This document shows positions 1-12,900 of a stretch of 64,000 nucleotides of DNA, piece after piece (the stretch's first letter is position 1; every line of letters begins with the position of its first letter). Source of the DNA: Gonapodya sp. JEL0774 (taxonomy: Eukaryota); contig JADIIX010000026.1 in the NCBI GenBank assembly GCA_027604505.1, positions 1 to 64,000 of the forward strand, written 5' to 3'. Both the position numbers and the translations under genes were made by a program. The notes under the pieces are model-generated. The model had not been told where the DNA came from and did not search any database. It saw only the letters and a program-made list of their open reading frames with translations.

Positions 1-809
1 CCCGCCCGCGCCGGCCCGCCCCGCCCCCGCCCCCGCCGCCCGCGCCGCCCCCCCCCCCCCGGCCCCCGCTCGGGCCACGGGGGACAAAGGGGAGATTGGG
101 CAGATGGGGGAAAGAGAAGGGAGGGGACACCGACTGCGTGTCCAATGCGGTGATGTGGCGCAGGGTCTGTGTGTTTTCAGTCCTGCCACAGCTCCTGTCC
201 GTCCTGCCATCCTGCCTGTCTGTTTCAAGGGGGAGAGGGGGAGAGGGGGAGGGGGGGGGGCAGTGGGGAGGGGTTGAAAGGGGGAAGCCTGCACCACTGG
301 CCATATTTGATTCCGTGTTCCCCCACTACCCCCACCACCCCCACCACTGCACCCCACTCATATTCGTATCAATTGTACCACCCCTATACATCCATAGATA
401 TCTGTGTATCCAAGTGCACAACCGCTGATACACTCTCCAAATTACAGTGGGGACAACACAGACCCCGACACCCTCCGCCGGTCATCATGTAAACCATTGT
501 TTATATGTAAGAGCGCGACCCAAACAGACACCTCACATATCACATGCCATGACATTTGTGTTTTTTTTTTTTCAGAAAGCGGCCCCACGCAAAGGCAATA
601 CCTGACAACAGTCAAACCTCGAGCAACAAACAGAAATAAATCTAACCTCTAGAGTCTTTCCAACCTTTTTGCTGTTGTTTGCATGTGTGGAGGAGGTCCT
701 CCTCCCGCATCCACCGAGGAGGTGGAGGGAGGAAAGCTCCACAGCATCCAACTCCACTGCCCACTGCACACTCCCCCCCCCCAACACCCCCCAAAACCCC
801 CCCCCTCCC

Positions 810-2571
810 TCACACCCTCGTATTCGCCAGCGCAAACAGCAAAATGTCCGTCGCCCCCGCCGCCATCAACCTATCCATCACCTCCGCAGCGCTCTTCTTC
901 TCCACCATCGCCGACACCGAGACCCACATCTCGTCGTCCAGGGGCGTGACGGTCGGCGCCTTTTTCCCCGGCGTGATCCGGTGGAACTCCTTGATCCGAT
1001 CCTTGGGCGCGTTGTAGGTGCAGTAGTAGTACCGCTGCGCGTTCACGTACCCAGAGATACGGTTCGTCAGTTTGGTCACCAGGTGGTGCTTGGTCGTGTT
1101 GGGGTTGGCTACAAGGACCGTTTCGGACTCGAGCAGGGTGTGGATCGAGACCAGGCCGGCGGCTCGCATGGTTTCGCCGGATTCTGGGTGTATGCCGTGT
1201 GTGTGGGGGGGTGAAGGGGTGGGGGTTTGTGGGGACGGTGTTGGGTGAACGGAGGGGGGGGGGGATGTGGACCGATGGGGTATGGTGTGTGTGTGAGAGG
1301 ACGGGCCAAGTGAGATGGCCGGTGGCCCGTGAATGTGATTCACCAGAGGGGATCAGACACGACGCGTCGCGGTCGGGACGAGTCACCGTCCCCAGTCTTA
1401 CACACGAGCAACCAGAGACACGAAGTCACCACAATTGTCCTTCCTGTGTCCATCTCACACCACACACCGTCCGGCACCCACCCATCCGCCCAGCCACCCT
1501 CCCTCCCTCCCCGGGGATAAGGAACCGTCCCGAGACACACGAAAACCGAATAAAAGCTACCATAGTGCCCACCCGTGTCCTTTCATATCTCGTTCCGCCC
1601 GACACTCATGTGCCGCCCCCCTCCCGGCCCACCCCCCCCCCCCCACCCCCACCTCTCAAAACTCACCGACCAGATCCACGATCCCATCCGCAAGTCCCAG
1701 CGCACACGCGGCCTCCACACTCCCGCTCACGTACTCGATATGCGTGGGCGTGTCGGCCCCCATGGTCCTATCCAAGTCCCCGAAATACACCTTGGCCAAG
1801 TTCTCAAAGCTGGTCACGATCCTCTTCCCCACCAGGTCCTTTGGATCCTTGATGTTGGACCGGATGGGCACCTGCACCGACAACTTGCACTTTCCAAACC
1901 CTAGGGGCATGATCTCGTTCACGTGCACGTCGGCCTCGGCGATCATGTCTTTGCCCGTGATGCCCAGGTCCACGTTTCCCTCCGCAATGTACTTTGGAAT
2001 GTCCGCTGCGGGGAGGAACACCACGGCGACGGGCAGGTTGGTCGACAGGGCAATGTCCAGGCGTTGTTTGCGGTGGAACTGGATGTCTGCGCCGTCGAGG
2101 AACTTGAGCGTTAGTTCGGCAAGCCGGCCTTTTTTGGGAACGGCGAAGAGGAGGCGGTCAGAGAGGTCGGAGAGGTCGCCAAAGGTTGCTGCAGGGGGGG
2201 GGGGAAGGTCGGAAGGTGGGTATGGTGCGGAGGGAGGAAACGAATTGGCCACCAAATGATGATTGATGAAAGAAAGAGTGGGTGGGGGATGGGGGGGGGG
2301 GAGGGGGGGGAGGGGAACACAACAGGGTTTCTTTTCACCGTCACCACGACCCAAGCTGTCCCCCTCCATCCCCAATCCCCTCCAACCACCCACTATTCGA
2401 CGGCACCCTGGAGTGGTGCCGTGACATCGCTTCCACGGGCGGGGACCCGAACGGGGTGGTGAGCGGGGTCAGCGCGTGCCCGTCGGCAGCTCCCGAGCTG
2501 GACGGAACGGTTTGGCCCAGTGACGAGGAATTCCCGCGCTTGAGATCGATCGGGCCGTTGGTGGTTGACAT
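810..2571 (-). CDS. HIS1: ATP phosphoribosyltransferase, 3 exons (~2571-2394, 2188-1667, 1183-810)
   Basis: Motifs DRLLFAVPKKGRL, GNVDLGITG, SGSVEAACALGLADGIVDLV|ESGETMRAAGL and ITPGKKAPTV are present. GT-AG junctions restore the reading frame. Confidence 0.95.
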
Positions 2572-2733
2572 CGGTGTCCGTGGGGCGGGGGGGTTATGGG
2601 GGCGGAAAAAGCGGAGGTGAAGAACACGGTGGTTTTTCGAGAGAGCGGAGTCAGACTGTGCCGCGCACAAGACAAGCACATGAGCCGGTCCCACAGCTTC
2701 AAGGTACAATAGACAAAGCAACAATTTATTCGG

Positions 2734-2768
2734 ATACATTCCTGTACATTATTTGCCATTACATTGGC
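2734..2768. repeat. Copy A of a two-copy ~35-bp element (ATACATTCCTGTACA-n3/4-TTTGCCATnACATTGGC)
   Basis: Blocks of 15, 8 and 8 nt are identical to 6943-6978. It contains two small hairpins and CCAAT on the minus strand. Confidence 0.75.
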
Positions 2769-4330
2769 ACTTTGGGATAGTCCCCCGCTTTGTTCGACCT
2801 CGTGGGGTCGTGGAGGTACAGGTACTTGTGTATCTATCGGAAAGATCGCCTCGCACCAACGCTCAACCACACCATTCGATCGGAGCTGTGTACAGGACCA
2901 AGAGAATGCAATGCGAGATACTTGGGAGTAGTAGGACGTGGATGCCGATGAAAAGGGGGCCCGTGAATCATGATGGGTAAAGAATGGGGTGGGATGCCGT
3001 GGGGTGAGCGGCCACTCGCAACCAGAATGCTAACACCTGCGTGATACAGTGCAAAATATCTGGACTCACTCATGGACGCCACTATCCTGTGAGCACGTCG
3101 GCAGGTATTAAGTGTCACCCACAATGACGGCGGATGAGCTGCACTCGATTGAGACTGATTACTCCGTGCCGGAACCCGGCCCTCACTCCTTTCCATCAAA
3201 GCAAATATGTGATTTTACTCCAATGTCATGCGTTTGTTCTTACAGAAAACGCAGTGAACGGGGGAGTGGGGAAGTCACGAGCACGACAGCAGTTTAGTGG
3301 GCATGGGACCCGTGATCATACTCCTCATGCCGCAGAAAGGACTCAAATAATGGATGTGTGCATATTGCTCGCCAAATCAGTTTGAGCAAATGTCATTGTG
3401 TGCACGTTCAACCCCATACCTTCGAATGGTTCCTTCGGGGGACATTCTCAACGAATACATATATTGCAATCAAGTCACATAACAAAGAGACTTGAGCACT
3501 GGGACACCAACAGCTTCCGGTGTGATCAGAGTGTGGCCGGTTGGTTGCACCTTGCATTGAGATTGTCGGTCCAGTGCGGTGCCCACAAATCCGTGCAATT
3601 GGATTCACTCACCTTGAGATCGCACCGTTCCCATCCAGAGTGACCTGCCAGTGCATATCGCTCTGTTGTTCATCTCGACTTTACGGAGCAACAGATACGG
3701 GGGGGGGGGGAAGTTCGCGCCGTGTGACAACGCAGCGCGGGCAAGGGCAGGTACTTGTTGAAGGCAGAACAACTCGGAGCAGAGGTCGGTTCGCTCTTGA
3801 CAAAGTTCAACTAGATCTTGCATGGTAGAAGCGGGATACTGCGTCCAGCACGTGTCCTTCAATCTCGGCTGCAGTCACGGGCACTCACCTTTGACCAAGT
3901 GAGCGCGGATTCGTGCTCATTTCCTCCGTTTATCTATCTTTCATCTCTTTATTTGCAGCCCGAGATCCGACGAACAGCATATGCCCCCGCAGCACTGGTT
4001 CCGTTCCGAAGTCACGGTTGGGTTGGGCTCGAGAAACTCAATCTCGTCCGTTGGTCTCACAGCGATCTGTCGATTCCAAGTCCACTTCGCTTAACTCAAT
4101 GATTCCGCCGTGATCCTCGCGTCAAACGATGGTGTGCCAGCGGGGGAACGGCCTTTCTGTTGATATTTGCGCCCACATAGTTACACGAATGTTCCGCCGG
4201 AAGAATAAGTCATTACTTCTTGTTGCCTTTCTGATGCTGTCATCACCGCTTTTCCCCTACATCTTCACAGAACCCCCTCCACCGCCCAACGCCGCCTCCC
4301 TTTCCCGCGCACTGTCCAGCCTTTCCCAAG

Positions 4331-5767
4331 ATGGCTGTCATCAGCGCACTTTCTCTCCTAGACCGCTTTCTCGCCCTCTGGATCTTCCTCGCCATGCTGG
4401 CCGGAATCCTCCTTGGAAACTACTCTGAGTCTGCACGCAACGTTTTTGGCGGCGTTCAAATAGCGGATGTGTCGGTGACTATCGCAGTCGGGCTGCTCGC
4501 CATGATGTGGCCGGTTCTGTGGTGAGGACCTGTCTGTGTTCACAACCCAGAAGATACCATACATCACCTGTATGCTGCTGCGGCTAGTCGCGTCCGATAC
4601 GAGATGCTCCCGGAGATCTTCCGCCGCCGGGACATGCTTCGCAACATTGGCGTCTCTCTCCTGATCAACTGGATCGTCGCACCTCTGCTCATGACCGGAC
4701 TCGCTTGGGCCACTCTTCCGGACCTACCCGACTACCGCAACGGCATCATCTTGGTTGGCGTGGCGCGGTGCATTGCCATGGTCTTGATTTGGAATCAGGT
4801 CCGTATATCCTGTTGTTGGAACTCGTTGCACACCGAGAGTTTGACGCGAGATGAACCCAACATGTTTTCCATCCCATAGCTCGCGGGAGGTGATGCAGAG
4901 TACTGCGCTATCCTCGTCGCTATAAATTCCGTCCTTCAGATGCTGCTCTTCTCGCCGGTGGCTTACTTCCTGGTGGTCATCGTGGGCCACAGCGACAGCT
5001 CCGTCAACGTCGGACTGTGGCTTGTAACACGTTCAGTACTCATTTTCTTGGGCATACCCCTAGCTGGTGGAATGCTTACACGGCTGATTCTACGGTTTGT
5101 GGTACCGACGATGCTTGGCAGGCGAGAAGCGGGAGCGAAGTGGTACGATGGGGCCTTGATGAAATGGCTTGGGCCTCTAAGTCTCCTCGGGCTTCTCTAC
5201 ACTATCCTGGTCATGTTCACTATTCAGGTGCGCATTCTTTTTTGATCACCTTTCGCGATCACTGCTGGCTCACTTTGCTGATTCTTCCATTCCCGAAACC
5301 CCCTTTCCCAACTCGTGCAGGGCCAGCGCATCATCCACGAAATTGCTAGCGTTGTCCGTGTCGCCGTGCCCCTCATCCTCTACTTCTCCCTCGTTTTCTC
5401 GTCCACGTTCTACCTCTCCTACCGCCTCGGCCTCCCGTACCAGCAATGCGCCACGCAAGCCTTCACCGCCGCGGGGAACAATTTCGAGCTCGCGATCGCA
5501 GTGAGCGTGGCGACGTTTGGTGTGTCGTCGGAGGAGGCGGTCGCGGCGACGGTCGGGCCGCTGATCGAGGTGCCTGTGTTGGTGGGATTGGTGTACGTGA
5601 GTTTGGGGATCGGGAAGAGGATGGAGAGGGAGGTGGGACAGCACGTTGAGTCGGCAGATGGGCATGGAGGGATAGGGAGCCAGCAAATGCTGTTGAAGAA
5701 CGGGGGGCTTGCTGGCGGTGAAAGCTCTGACCTCGCAGCACCCCCGCTCCCCAAGCCATTGCAATAA
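4331..5767 (+). CDS. ACR3: Arsenite/antimonite efflux permease, ACR3 family, 4 exons
   Basis: Motifs LSLLDRFLALWIFLAMLAG, MMWPVLC, VARCIAMVLIWN, AAGNNFELAIAV and GPLIEVP are present, with canonical introns. Confidence 0.95.
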
Positions 5768-6204
5768 CTCACGACATTTAATTGCCCATTCACGTTCTCA
5801 TAATATTCACATGTTCTATTAATGCTCCAATTTCTTATCGCCAATGGCATTTACTCACCTGATTGTGTAATGTCATTCGTGGTTCGTCCAAGAATGGGGC
5901 CGGCGGGAGGAGGAGGTAGAGTGGCCTCGTCACAAGGAGAGCTGGTAACAGTATTGGGACATTTGATGCTACAGCGGGGCTGTACTTTCTGCTCTAGAAT
6001 CCGGTTGCTTTCAAAAAGTCACACATGTCGATTGAATCTCCATGACCTTCGCATTTCGCAACCCATGTCAAGATTTGTACACAAACATAGTAAACCCTCC
6101 CTACTCCACACCCGAACCTCCCCTCCCTTCAGGCATCTTTTCACTACATATGTACAGCGATCACGTCGGGAGCCAGTGGCAGACCCGGCCGACCCCCTCC
6201 ACTG

Positions 6205-6817
6205 TCACTGCCCTCCCGCCGCGTTCTGCTGCTGCTGTTCCTGCCCCTGCCCCTGCCCCTGCCCTTGAGCCCCTGCATGCTGCTTCGCCGCGTCAGCCTT
6301 GACAAGCTCGGCCCTACACGTTCGGAAACGAACGAAGCACAAAGACGTGTGTGTCACAACCGGCACATCTGCGCGTTCCCACCGCCCCCCACCCCCGCAC
6401 GCCGCACCGCCTCACCTCAACTGCATCGTGAACTCGTCGTCAAGATCGTCATTGTCCCAGTGATCGTCCCACATGGATGCCTCGTCTTGGTCCTCGTCGG
6501 CTGCGGTCCAGTCTGAGAAGACGTCCGTTGGGGGACCCGTCCGGGTGGTGAAGGCGCACGCCCACCGCCCGCCACGGGAACACAAAAAAGGGGAGGGGTA
6601 CAAGCGATGGATTCATGGTACGATGGTATACCACGATCGCGGGTGGTGGTGCGGGGATGACGTTGTGGGGGAAGCGGGGGGTGACGAAAACCCGATTGAT
6701 TCTTGGTCCGCTGGTGACGCGGTCTGGTTTCGTACCTTCGACTTCGAACTCCTCGAATTCGTCGTCTTCTTCTGTGAGGCCGAGTTTCGGGATCGATGGG
6801 TTGGAAGCGTTGGACAT
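6205..6817 (-). CDS. SEM1: Sem1/DSS1 proteasome lid / TREX-2 subunit, 3 exons, with a GQ-repeat and poly-Q tail
   Basis: Spliced product reads LGLTEEDDEFEEFEVE|DW...WDDHWDNDDLDDEFTMQLR|AEL, the classic DSS1 acidic motif. Confidence 0.93.
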
Positions 6818-6942
6818 GATGGAACGAGTTGAGTGTGAGGTTGCAAGGGAAACTCGGCACTCATTGTGTGTCATATCCACCGAACGCTCCACGAAAACGA
6901 AAGAAGGAGATCTGTTTCAAGACAACAAAACAACATTTGGAT

Positions 6943-6978
6943 ATACATTCCTGTACAAGCTTTTGCCATAACATTGGC
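6943..6978. repeat. Copy B of the two-copy ~35-bp element
   Basis: Matches 2734-2768. It lies between the stop of the 2H phosphoesterase-like gene (7040) and the SEM1 ATG (6817). Confidence 0.75.
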
Positions 6979-7039
6979 GTAATCCCCCAATCCCCAACTT
7001 TCTTGCCTCCTCAAGAACCTTTGAAAACGGGGTCCCCAA

Positions 7040-8064
7040 TCACGTCTGACCCTCGTCCTCGTATCTCTGCCCATCAAAGTCAACGTAGCCAAGCCTGCGC
7101 CACCCTGGTAAGCCTTCAGGACCACCCGTCCACCATACTTCTCTGTAGCGTGGGACATGGGAAGAAAGAAGGGACAGGGGCAGGATCGTGTCAACCGCTT
7201 GGGCTCGTTATCCTCCCCACTTCGAAAACACCAGTACATGTTACTCACACTTGCCCCACGTCAAACGCCTCCCCCGCAATCTCTGGCCACTCCCGTTCCA
7301 CCTCCTCGCACGTTTTCTCCTCGACCGCGTCCTGTGTTTCACCGTTCACACCCACACCACCCACCGAAACCGCCATTCGAGGCTCAAATCGGTCTTCGGC
7401 GGTGGTGCCGCCCATAAGGAGGCGGACAATGCGGTGGAGGGAGAGGAGGGTCGGGGACGGGTGAACGCGGAGGTAGACGAGTGGGGGAGTGGGGGGGTCT
7501 ATCGAGCGTGAGTGAGCAAGGAACAAAAAGTTATGAAATGGCATGAAAGAGGAGTCGTGGTCTCGCGAACAGAATCCACAGCCGCATGCCATCAGTCACT
7601 GTGACAATGTTCCAAACGCAAGCAACACATACAAGCACACTTTCCATAGCAGGCCAGACTCACCGGTTTCTTCCGCTGCGTATTCTAATCCCTCAAACTG
7701 AATTTTCAAGCTCTTTCGTCCGGTACTCCGGCGGAGCTCACGGACACCCTTTTCAACGTTCCACCAGACGGTTTCCTTGGTCTCATCGTTGTAAGGTACT
7801 GAAGAGGAAGACAAAACAGCGGCGTACAATTAAAGGGGGATATGGGGTTTAGCCCAGTGTGTGGGCAGAAGAACTGCAGTACCCACTCCATTGTAGTAAC
7901 GCGACATGGGGCACGAAAGGAGTCTTGTTGTACTTGCTGATGATCTTTGTGAGTTTCTCGTACAGCGGGGAGCCTCGTGCAGGGACGATGTTGATGGAAC
8001 ATGTCGCCCTATGTGTTCTGAGGTGTTTTGTGGACCAAGGGGGAAGTCGGTATGCCGTGAGCAT
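7040..8064 (-). CDS. Cpd1-like cyclic phosphodiesterase (2H phosphoesterase fold) with degenerate catalytic motifs, 4 exons
   Basis: Spliced product INIVPARGSPLYEKL...FVPHVAL...LVYLRV..TLLSLHRIVRLL...FEPRMAV...EVWWTGGPEGLPGWRRLG follows the layout of fungal Cpd1. Confidence 0.7.
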
Positions 8065-8460
8065 CACACGACAGCAACGTCACTTGAATTCGATAGAGTG
8101 TCTTTACGATGGCAAAAAGTCCGAATCTGTAGGGGCTCTAGCCACCGAAAACTGACCCTGAGCCGAACTCCTCCCTGGATACGTCGCTGGCAGAACGAGT
8201 TCGCCTGGACGCGTGCGGGTGTGGAGGGTCGGGTAAGACTGGAGACGTTACGGGTGACGTTGGCTGCAAAGAACGGGTGTGTACATGCATGGATGCCATG
8301 CGATGTCGGGAATCGTTGGGTTTGTGTTCGGTGTTGAGTGTTCAGTTATTTGTCAAGGGCTCCTCTGAACTGCGAACTGCCGGGTGTGCCGATGATTCTG
8401 GTAGGGAGCGAACTCGACATCTCCGCAGTGTTTTCACTTTGAATAATTTCTGACGTCATC

Positions 8461-9559
8461 ATGCCACGCAGTTTTACGCTTCCTGCTCTTCTGCTTCCTC
8501 CGCCCCCTTCGGACCACCCGTACCCGACGGCTCCCCTCAAGCAACTGCCCTACGCTCACATATGGCTCTTTGATGACGTGAAGAAGCCAAAGGCCATTCG
8601 ACAGGCCATCATCAAGGGAACAACGCCCAAAGGAGTCGAGGTACCGCAGAGCGCAATCGTGGACGCGCGAATGGTGAGTTGCCGAGCTCATTATTGGAAG
8701 AGATCCATCGTAATCGTATGCTGCTCACTCGAGTTTCCCTCCTTGCTTTCTGATGAAATGGCTTTACAAATCGGATCTCACCCTTTTCTTGCTCCTTTTT
8801 GTGCGGGTGTATGTGTATCGCTACTCGAAAAGATTCTCGATATCTCCCAACTGCTCTTGGCCTGCACGCGAGCACTCCTCAGTGAACATTATGGCAAACT
8901 CAAAACACGAACAGTATACTCTGAAATCCTGTACAATCTGTCGCCGAACACAAATGTGAGATCGGTTGTCTTTTGCTCGGTGGACATCCGGTAAAGCATG
9001 CGGGGTGGGCGCCCTTCAACCGAGGGATACCTCGTCGGAACAAGATTCATCACCGTTTGTCAGCCCCCATATCATAAACCCGACTGGGTTGTGTGTCGCC
9101 TTGTGAACCTGGAAATTCAACTAATATCTTCGTACTCAACCCGCGAATCTTTCTCCGATCCCTGATTCCGCCCCCGCCCCCAACCCCACCACCCTCTCTC
9201 TTACTTCTTTCTTCCTGAACCTCACCTGTAAGATCAACGAATCCCTCCGCACCTTTGGAGTCCGCGACGACTCGCCGGCCCTCCTCGTCCTGGTTCTGTC
9301 CCCCGATCCCTCCCCTCCCCCTCTCACCGAGACGTTCTCCGCGTTCATCTCTCCCACCGAACTCGAACTGACGGCGGAACATCTGGCGCGGTTCTCTGAT
9401 ACGGAGGGTGTCAAGAGCGTGTTTCGGGTGACGGGGTCCGGACAAAAGAGGGACAGCAGAGGGGTTGAGGTCGGTGCCGGGGCAAGAGACGAAGTGGCGG
9501 ATAGGGAGTGGTTAATGGGAGAGGTGGTGGGTGGAATGGCGCTCAAGGGCTATTCGTAG
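8461..9559 (+). CDS. CGI121: KEOPS complex subunit Cgi121/TPRKB, 3 exons
   Basis: Spliced product contains AIVDARM|ILDISQLLLACTRAL...LKTRTVYSEILYNLSPNTN|INESLRTFG and ends MALKGYS. Confidence 0.9.
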
Positions 9560-9985
9560 GGAAGGGACTGTTTTTTCTGGTTGTTGGTGTTGAGCTTCGT
9601 TGCGGGGTCGTACCAGTGGTTCCGCACCCCCGTGGACCTCCCTCCACTCGCGCAGAATCAAAGGCTTCAATGTAAATATTGCAGCAGAGTTTCGTATCGT
9701 GTCTTGTCAATATCACATGATCTCTTCATCGTGAGTCAAGTCGTTCCTCGCACGACCCAACGATACACCCGGAACAATATTGACCAGCGCCAGGTCGAAT
9801 ATCACTTTCAGTTCAGCGATTACCCTGTTCAAATTTTGTCTACAATCGAAAAGAGATTTCTTCCCCCTTGCCGCACTACTGCTCTGCACATTACTCCCAC
9901 ACGTCATCCCCCGCCGTACCACCTCGTCTCGTTACTCCAATGTCGTCGTCATCCTACCACCCGGCACCGCACCTCCCCCACCCGC

Positions 9986-12900
9986 TCACATTGCTCCGCC
10001 ACCCCCCACACCTCCACTTGCCGCTTTTGCAATCCCACCGCTCACCACGTCCTCTCCTCCCCCGCCAGCGGCGAACCCGAGCTTGTCCACCTCACCGATC
10101 GCGGCGTCCGACATATCCCGCGACATTGGCGGGGCGTGTTGGAAGGAGATTCCTTGGGCCAGCGGGAGATCATTACCTGGGGTGTAAGGGTGTTTTTTCA
10201 GGTGAGCGTCGGAGCAAGCGAGGTTCGGGAGAGAGTCCGATACCGACCAAAGTTGATCGTGGTGCTCGAACGGCGACAGTACTGCTTCCAAGCGTCCGAT
10301 CCAGCCTCTGGAGACAGCCGTGTTTGGAGGTAGAGTGATCGATCCCGTGTCCGTCCGATCATCGTTTGCCGCGCCGGTCGATCGAGTTACAAGGAGCATC
10401 CACGGATCACGTTCTTCAGTACCACCCATGAACGCAAACCACTCTCAAATCACCGACCCACCTCGCCCGCCGCCCGTTTCCTTTTCCCCGCCGAACGCGG
10501 CCCCAACCTCCGCGCCGCTCGTGGGCACGTTGACGTTCACCTAGATCCGCGCCCCACGACAACCACACAGACACACAGACGCGGGGTACAGAGAGATGAC
10601 ACGCGGGAGGTGAGCCCAACCACGCTCGGATTTTCGTGCGCGGCAGATCCCCCTCTTGGGGGCCATTTTCACAATCCAACTCACGATCCCACAGTCACTC
10701 CCGTTGGGTCCGATGAAATCAAACAGGGCGCGCACGTCCTTGGTGAAGATGGACGAGGAGAGACCTTGCGGGACCGAGTTGTTCCATTCGATGGCTTCGG
10801 AGAGGTTCTGTTGGCAGGTGGGGTTTGAGAAAAGATTGTGTGCTGTAAACCATGGTGAGATACTTCCTGCCCACTCCGGGCCCTCTCCATCCATCGCATC
10901 GTGCGCACAGTCCCGCGCCACCCCGCCACCCCGCCGGCTCCCACCCCGAACCCACCCACCTTAAACTTCGCCGCATACAATATCGGCGCAAATGTCTCCT
11001 GCTGGACCACCTCTGCCCTGGGATCCACGCTCACAATCGTCGGCTGCACGAACCACCCCGGCCCGTCGACCACTTTCCCCCCGTGGAGCACGGTCCCGCC
11101 GGCCCGCTTGACGGCCTCCATCGTGTCAGCGAACTGGGTCACGGCGGACCGGTTGTGGAGGGGGCCGTAGATGGTGGAAGGGTCGAGGGGGTTACCCATG
11201 CGGATCTGCTTGTAGGCGTGGATGAGCTGCTCCATGAAAATGTCTGGAGTGGATTGGAGGGGGGGATTGGTCACCCATAAAGTCTAGTCGGACTGCCGGG
11301 GCTCACAGTCCTCCTAGTCCTCCTCGTCACACTCTCGCCACTCCACCTTCAGTCTCCCCCCACCCCCCCACTCCGCCCCACCTCCTAACCTACCGTACAC
11401 GCCCTGCTGGACGAACAGCCTCCTCGTGGTGGTACACCTCTGCCCCGCGGTCCCCACTGCGGAGAACAGGACTCCCCTAACGGCCAACTCGAGGTCCGCA
11501 TCGTCCATCACTGCGGGGAAGGGAACAGGGGACGGGGTGGCGGTGCGGGGGGGGATTAGGTTTGGGGAGAGGTAAGGGAGGGAGGTAAGGGTTTTGTCAG
11601 ATGGGTGCAAGACATACAGAGCAACTCCACACCACTCGATCGACATCGGCTCGGTACAGCCCTCCCACATCCCCTCCCTTCCCCCCTCCCCCCTTTTACT
11701 CACCCACACACGCATTGTTCCCGCCCAACTCCAACACCACCTTCCCGAACCTCTCCTGCACCCACCCGCCCACCCTCCTCCCCACCCTCGTACTCCCCGT
11801 GAAGCTCACGAGGTCCACACTGCGGCTCTTTGCCAGCGCCTCACCGACGTCACCCGGACCGCACGCGAGGGTGGCAAGGGTGAGGGGGTGGCCGTGTCGG
11901 TGGAGGACAGAGTGGACGAGCTTGGTGGTGGCAAGGGCGGTGAGGGAGGTGGAGGGGGAGGGTTTCCTGCGGGGAGTGGCAGGGGCTGTGTGGGACTGAC
12001 GACCTTCCAACCGGGTGTATTCCAGCACACCACACTCACCAGACCACGCTGTTCCCACACACGAGGGCCAGCGCCGAGTTCCATCTGTTTTCCGTGGTGG
12101 TGAGGGAGGGGGGAGGGGGACGCAGGGGTTGGTGTAATGTCAGGTGTGACAGCGACCCAGTTCCAAAACCCGCCGCCCCTCCCCCCACCACTCACCCATA
12201 CACCGCCTGCGGAAAGTTAAACGCCGTTACGACGGCCACCAAGCCGAGCGGGTGCCACTGTTCGAGGATGAGGTGGTTGGGTCCTGTTCGTGTGTGTGGG
12301 TGGAGTGTCGGGTTGGTGGGGGGTGGGGGGGGGACGTTCGGAAGCGGGGGGTAACCGAATACATTTGTTGAAAATCCGAGAAAGTGCGGTTTGAGAGGGA
12401 CGCCGCGAGGAAGGGCCGAGAGAGAGACGAGAGGGTAGGGGTGGGGTGGGTCGTTCAATACGTACGTTCGGACGGCAAGACCTGTCCCGGCATGGATCGG
12501 GACAGGCCGAGTGCGATGTCGGTCATGTCGATGACTTGTGGTGGGTTGAAGAACGGGTGCGGGTGCCGGGGTAGGAGAGGGGATGGATGGAGTGAGGACG
12601 GGTCAGTGTGTTCGTGACGGTGCGGGGTCAGTCCACGTGGTCTTCAGCCATTGAATAGAGCATCTCGCCCACGACACGAAGAGCCCTCGCTTGACGGTTC
12701 GCTTGGCCCTCGCTGCCGCCCGCCCGGGCCTCCCCCACCCCGGTCCTTTCCCCCCCCCCCCCCAAAATCCCACGCCCGTCCAACTCACACTCCTGCACCT
12801 CCCCCTCTGCCTCCTGGACCACTTTCCCAACTTCCAAGGCGATCAACCTCCCCAACTCCTTCTTCTTCTCCCTGAGCGCATGCCCAATGTCGCGGACGAT

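Noticed and set aside
1..75. Almost pure G/C stretch at the window start
   Set aside because: Low complexity with no regular telomeric unit; possibly a contig-end artefact.
2834..3920. Possible gene, or decayed paralog of the 2H phosphoesterase, between HIS1 and ACR3
   Set aside because: Splice-like signals occur on both strands but no consistent reading frame could be built. The HRIV match coincides with an acceptor-like sequence and may be chance.
8995..9145. H/ACA-like pattern in CGI121 intron 2
   Set aside because: Two weak hairpins and an H-like box are present, but there is no properly placed ACA.
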